Assembly (NCBI GenBank): GCA_016718385.1
Contig: JADKDK010000006.1
Location: 509,765-573,764, forward strand
Direction: 5' to 3'
DNA length: 64,000 nt
Source: Gammaproteobacteria bacterium
GTDB lineage: Bacteria > Pseudomonadota > Gammaproteobacteria > Pseudomonadales > UBA5518
Below are positions 62,532 to 64,000 of the stretch, in pieces. Position numbers and translations under genes: made by a program. Under the pieces are notes generated by a model. It made no database searches. It had not been told where the DNA came from and was given only the letters and a program-made list of their open reading frames with translations. The number at the start of each line of letters is the position of its first letter. The first letter of the stretch is position 1.

Positions 62532-62597
62532 GTAGGTCGCCATTCATGGCGACATCCGAAACCGGCCAGGCACCTGTCGGCGTGAACGCCGCCCTAC
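62532..62597 (-). repeat. REPIN copy C (inverted relative to copies A and B)
   Basis: GTAGGTCGCCATTCATGGCGAC + ATCCGAAACCGGCCAGGCACCT + GTCGGCGTGAACGCCGCCCTAC. Its reverse complement aligns base-for-base with copy B. Confidence 0.9.
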
Positions 62598-63337
62598 GGT
62601 TTGACGGGAGCCACCTCGATCGGCGTCAGGCCGAACCAGCGGTGCATGACCATGCGACCGGCGTAGATCAGAGGCGTGATAGCGATCGCGATCGCGAACT
62701 TCAGCAGGTAGCCGGTGACGGCGATCGCGGGAATCGCGGACAGCGGCGCCGGCGGGCTGGCCGGATCGGCGAAGATCTCCCTGCCGAGCGAGAAGGCCAG
62801 GTAGCTCACGACGAACGAGTCGATGAACTGCGAGATCACCGTGCTGCCGGTGGCGCGCAGCCACACGAAGCGCTGGCCCGTCAGGCGCTTGAAGAACCCG
62901 AACACGGCGATGTCGCTCAACTGTCCCACCAGGTAGGCGCACAGCGATGCCAGGTACATCACCTTCGCCGAACCGAAGATCGCGTCGAACTGCTCCGGGC
63001 GCACGTTGTACGGCGCGTCGAGGTAGGGCATGGCCTGCGCGAGGTTGATCACGCCGAAGACGAACAGCGCCGCCGCGAGCCCGAGATACGTGATACGCCG
63101 CGCCGCGCGCGGCCCGTAGTACTCGTTGACCAGGTCGGTCAGCAGGAAGGTGACCGGGAAGGTCAGCATGCCGCAGGTGTGCTCGATCGCGTCGAAGCCG
63201 AACAGCGTGAACGGCAGCGGGATGCGGAACAGCTTGATGCCGACGATATCGGCGATCAGCAGCGAGGCGATGAAGATCGTCGCGAGCCAGAGGTAGACCT
63301 TCTGGGCGCTGCTGAAGGCATGGGGTTCCTGTTGCAC
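62594..63337 (-). CDS. yhhQ: queuosine-precursor transporter (YhhQ/VUT family)
   Basis: ORF 62594..63337. ..MLTFPVTFLLTDLVNEYYG.. ..VISQFIDSFVV... Confidence 0.8.
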   Translation of the reverse strand: MQQEPHAFSSAQKVYLWLATIFIASLLIADIVGIKLFRIPLPFTLFGFDAIEHTCGMLTFPVTFLLTDLVNEYYGPRAARRITYLGLAAALFVFGVINLAQAMPYLDAPYNVRPEQFDAIFGSAKVMYLASLCAYLVGQLSDIAVFGFFKRLTGQRFVWLRATGSTVISQFIDSFVVSYLAFSLGREIFADPASPPAPLSAIPAIAVTGYLLKFAIAIAITPLIYAGRMVMHRWFGLTPIEVAPVKP

Positions 63338-63380
63338 GGTTCTGCTCCCGGCTCCGTTGGTGGTGCTGCGCGCGTCGGGC

Positions 63381-64000
63381 TCAGTTCGCGGGCACCGTGC
63401 GGCCGTCGGCCCACGCGCGCAGGGCCTCGATGCGCTCGGCCATCGTGACGGCCAGCGGCACCGTGGCGCGGATCTCGGTCAGCAGGTGCGCGCTGGCGAG
63501 CGGCGCCTGGTCGGCCGCGGCGCGGTAACGGGCGCTCACCACCACCTGTTCGATCTCGGCCCCGGAAAAGCCCTCGCTCATCCCGGCCAGCGTGCCCGCG
63601 TCGATGCCCTCGGGATCGATGCCGCGCCGGCGCAGGTGGATGCGGAAGATCTCGGCACGCGTCGCCTCGTCGGGGAGGTCGACAAAGAACAGTTCGTCGA
63701 AGCGACCCTTGCGCAGCAATTCGGGCGGCAGCGCCGAGACGTCGTTGGCGGTCGCCACCACGAACACGCCGTCGCGCTGCTCGGCCATCCAGGTCAGCAG
63801 GCTGCCGAGCAGGCGGCGCGATACACCCTCGTCGGCGTCCGAGCCGCCCACGCCCTTCTCGATCTCGTCGAGCCACAGCACGCAGGGTGCCATCAGCTCG
63901 GCCGAGCGCAGCGACTCGCGCAGGTTGCGCTCGGTCTCGCCGATGTACTTGTTGTACAGCGCGCCCATGTCCAGGCGCAGCAGCGGCAGGCCCCAGGCGC
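63381..64000 (-). CDS. AAA+ family ATPase, C-terminal part (5' end beyond window)
   Basis: ORF 63381..63968 continues open to the window edge. Walker B ..VLWLDEIEKG.., sensor ..VVATAN.., ..RKGRFDELFFVDLP... Confidence 0.7.
   Translation of the reverse strand, partial: AWGLPLLRLDMGALYNKYIGETERNLRESLRSAELMAPCVLWLDEIEKGVGGSDADEGVSRRLLGSLLTWMAEQRDGVFVVATANDVSALPPELLRKGRFDELFFVDLPDEATRAEIFRIHLRRRGIDPEGIDAGTLAGMSEGFSGAEIEQVVVSARYRAAADQAPLASAHLLTEIRATVPLAVTMAERIEALRAWADGRTVPAN

Overview
This is a very GC-rich, gammaproteobacterial-type chromosomal segment; third codon positions are almost all G/C. It carries about 60 protein genes, nearly all core housekeeping. They sit in three classic syntenic blocks. 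Block 1 (8.8-18.8 kb, + strand): miaB-ybeZ-ybeY-corC-lnt, a minus-strand cupin gene, then leuS-lptE-holA. Block 2 (19.6-33.9 kb, - strand): lipA-[M13 peptidase]-lipB-ybeD-dat-dacA-rlpA-mltB-rodA-mrdA-rlmH-rsfS-nadD-proA. Block 3 (52.1-62.5 kb, + strand): dsbD-aroQ-accB-accC-prmA-DUF3426-dusB-fis-purH-purD. Three stretches are less conserved. At 0.1-8.3 kb: AraC regulator, diiron-oxygenase-like protein, glutamine-transaminase/omega-amidase pair, alkaline phosphatase, TIM-barrel isomerase, aminotransferase. At 34-43 kb: DedA, DsbA-like isomerase, SnoaL, TonB-dependent receptor, ferritin-like protein, OmpA lipoprotein, LON-domain protein plus MMPL/RND exporter. At 43-52 kb: NUDIX, ModF-like ABC ATPase, TPR lipoprotein, PBP1B, PfkB kinase, DUF2333, PCuAC. 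I saw no rRNA, tRNA, CRISPR array, transposase, integrase, phage or recognisable defence genes. Three kinds of structure are not explained by the genes. (i) A family of GTAG-headed REP hairpins: three copies of a 66-bp REP doublet (REPIN) whose heads supply the TAG stop codons of miaB, holA, a GST and yhhQ; a 50-nt perfect palindrome of a second REP type; and two intergenic arrays where half-REP units are tandemly amplified. (ii) A 42-nt uninterrupted poly-G tract between convergent genes. (iii) At least seven frameshifts and one in-frame TGA in otherwise well conserved genes (phoA-like, aminotransferase, ybeY, GST x2, dat, mrcB, TonB receptor). Several are repairable by adding one base to a short G/C homopolymer, which argues for base-calling errors rather than gene decay. 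I did not find a convincing new multi-gene system. The candidates worth follow-up are flagged below with modest interest scores.
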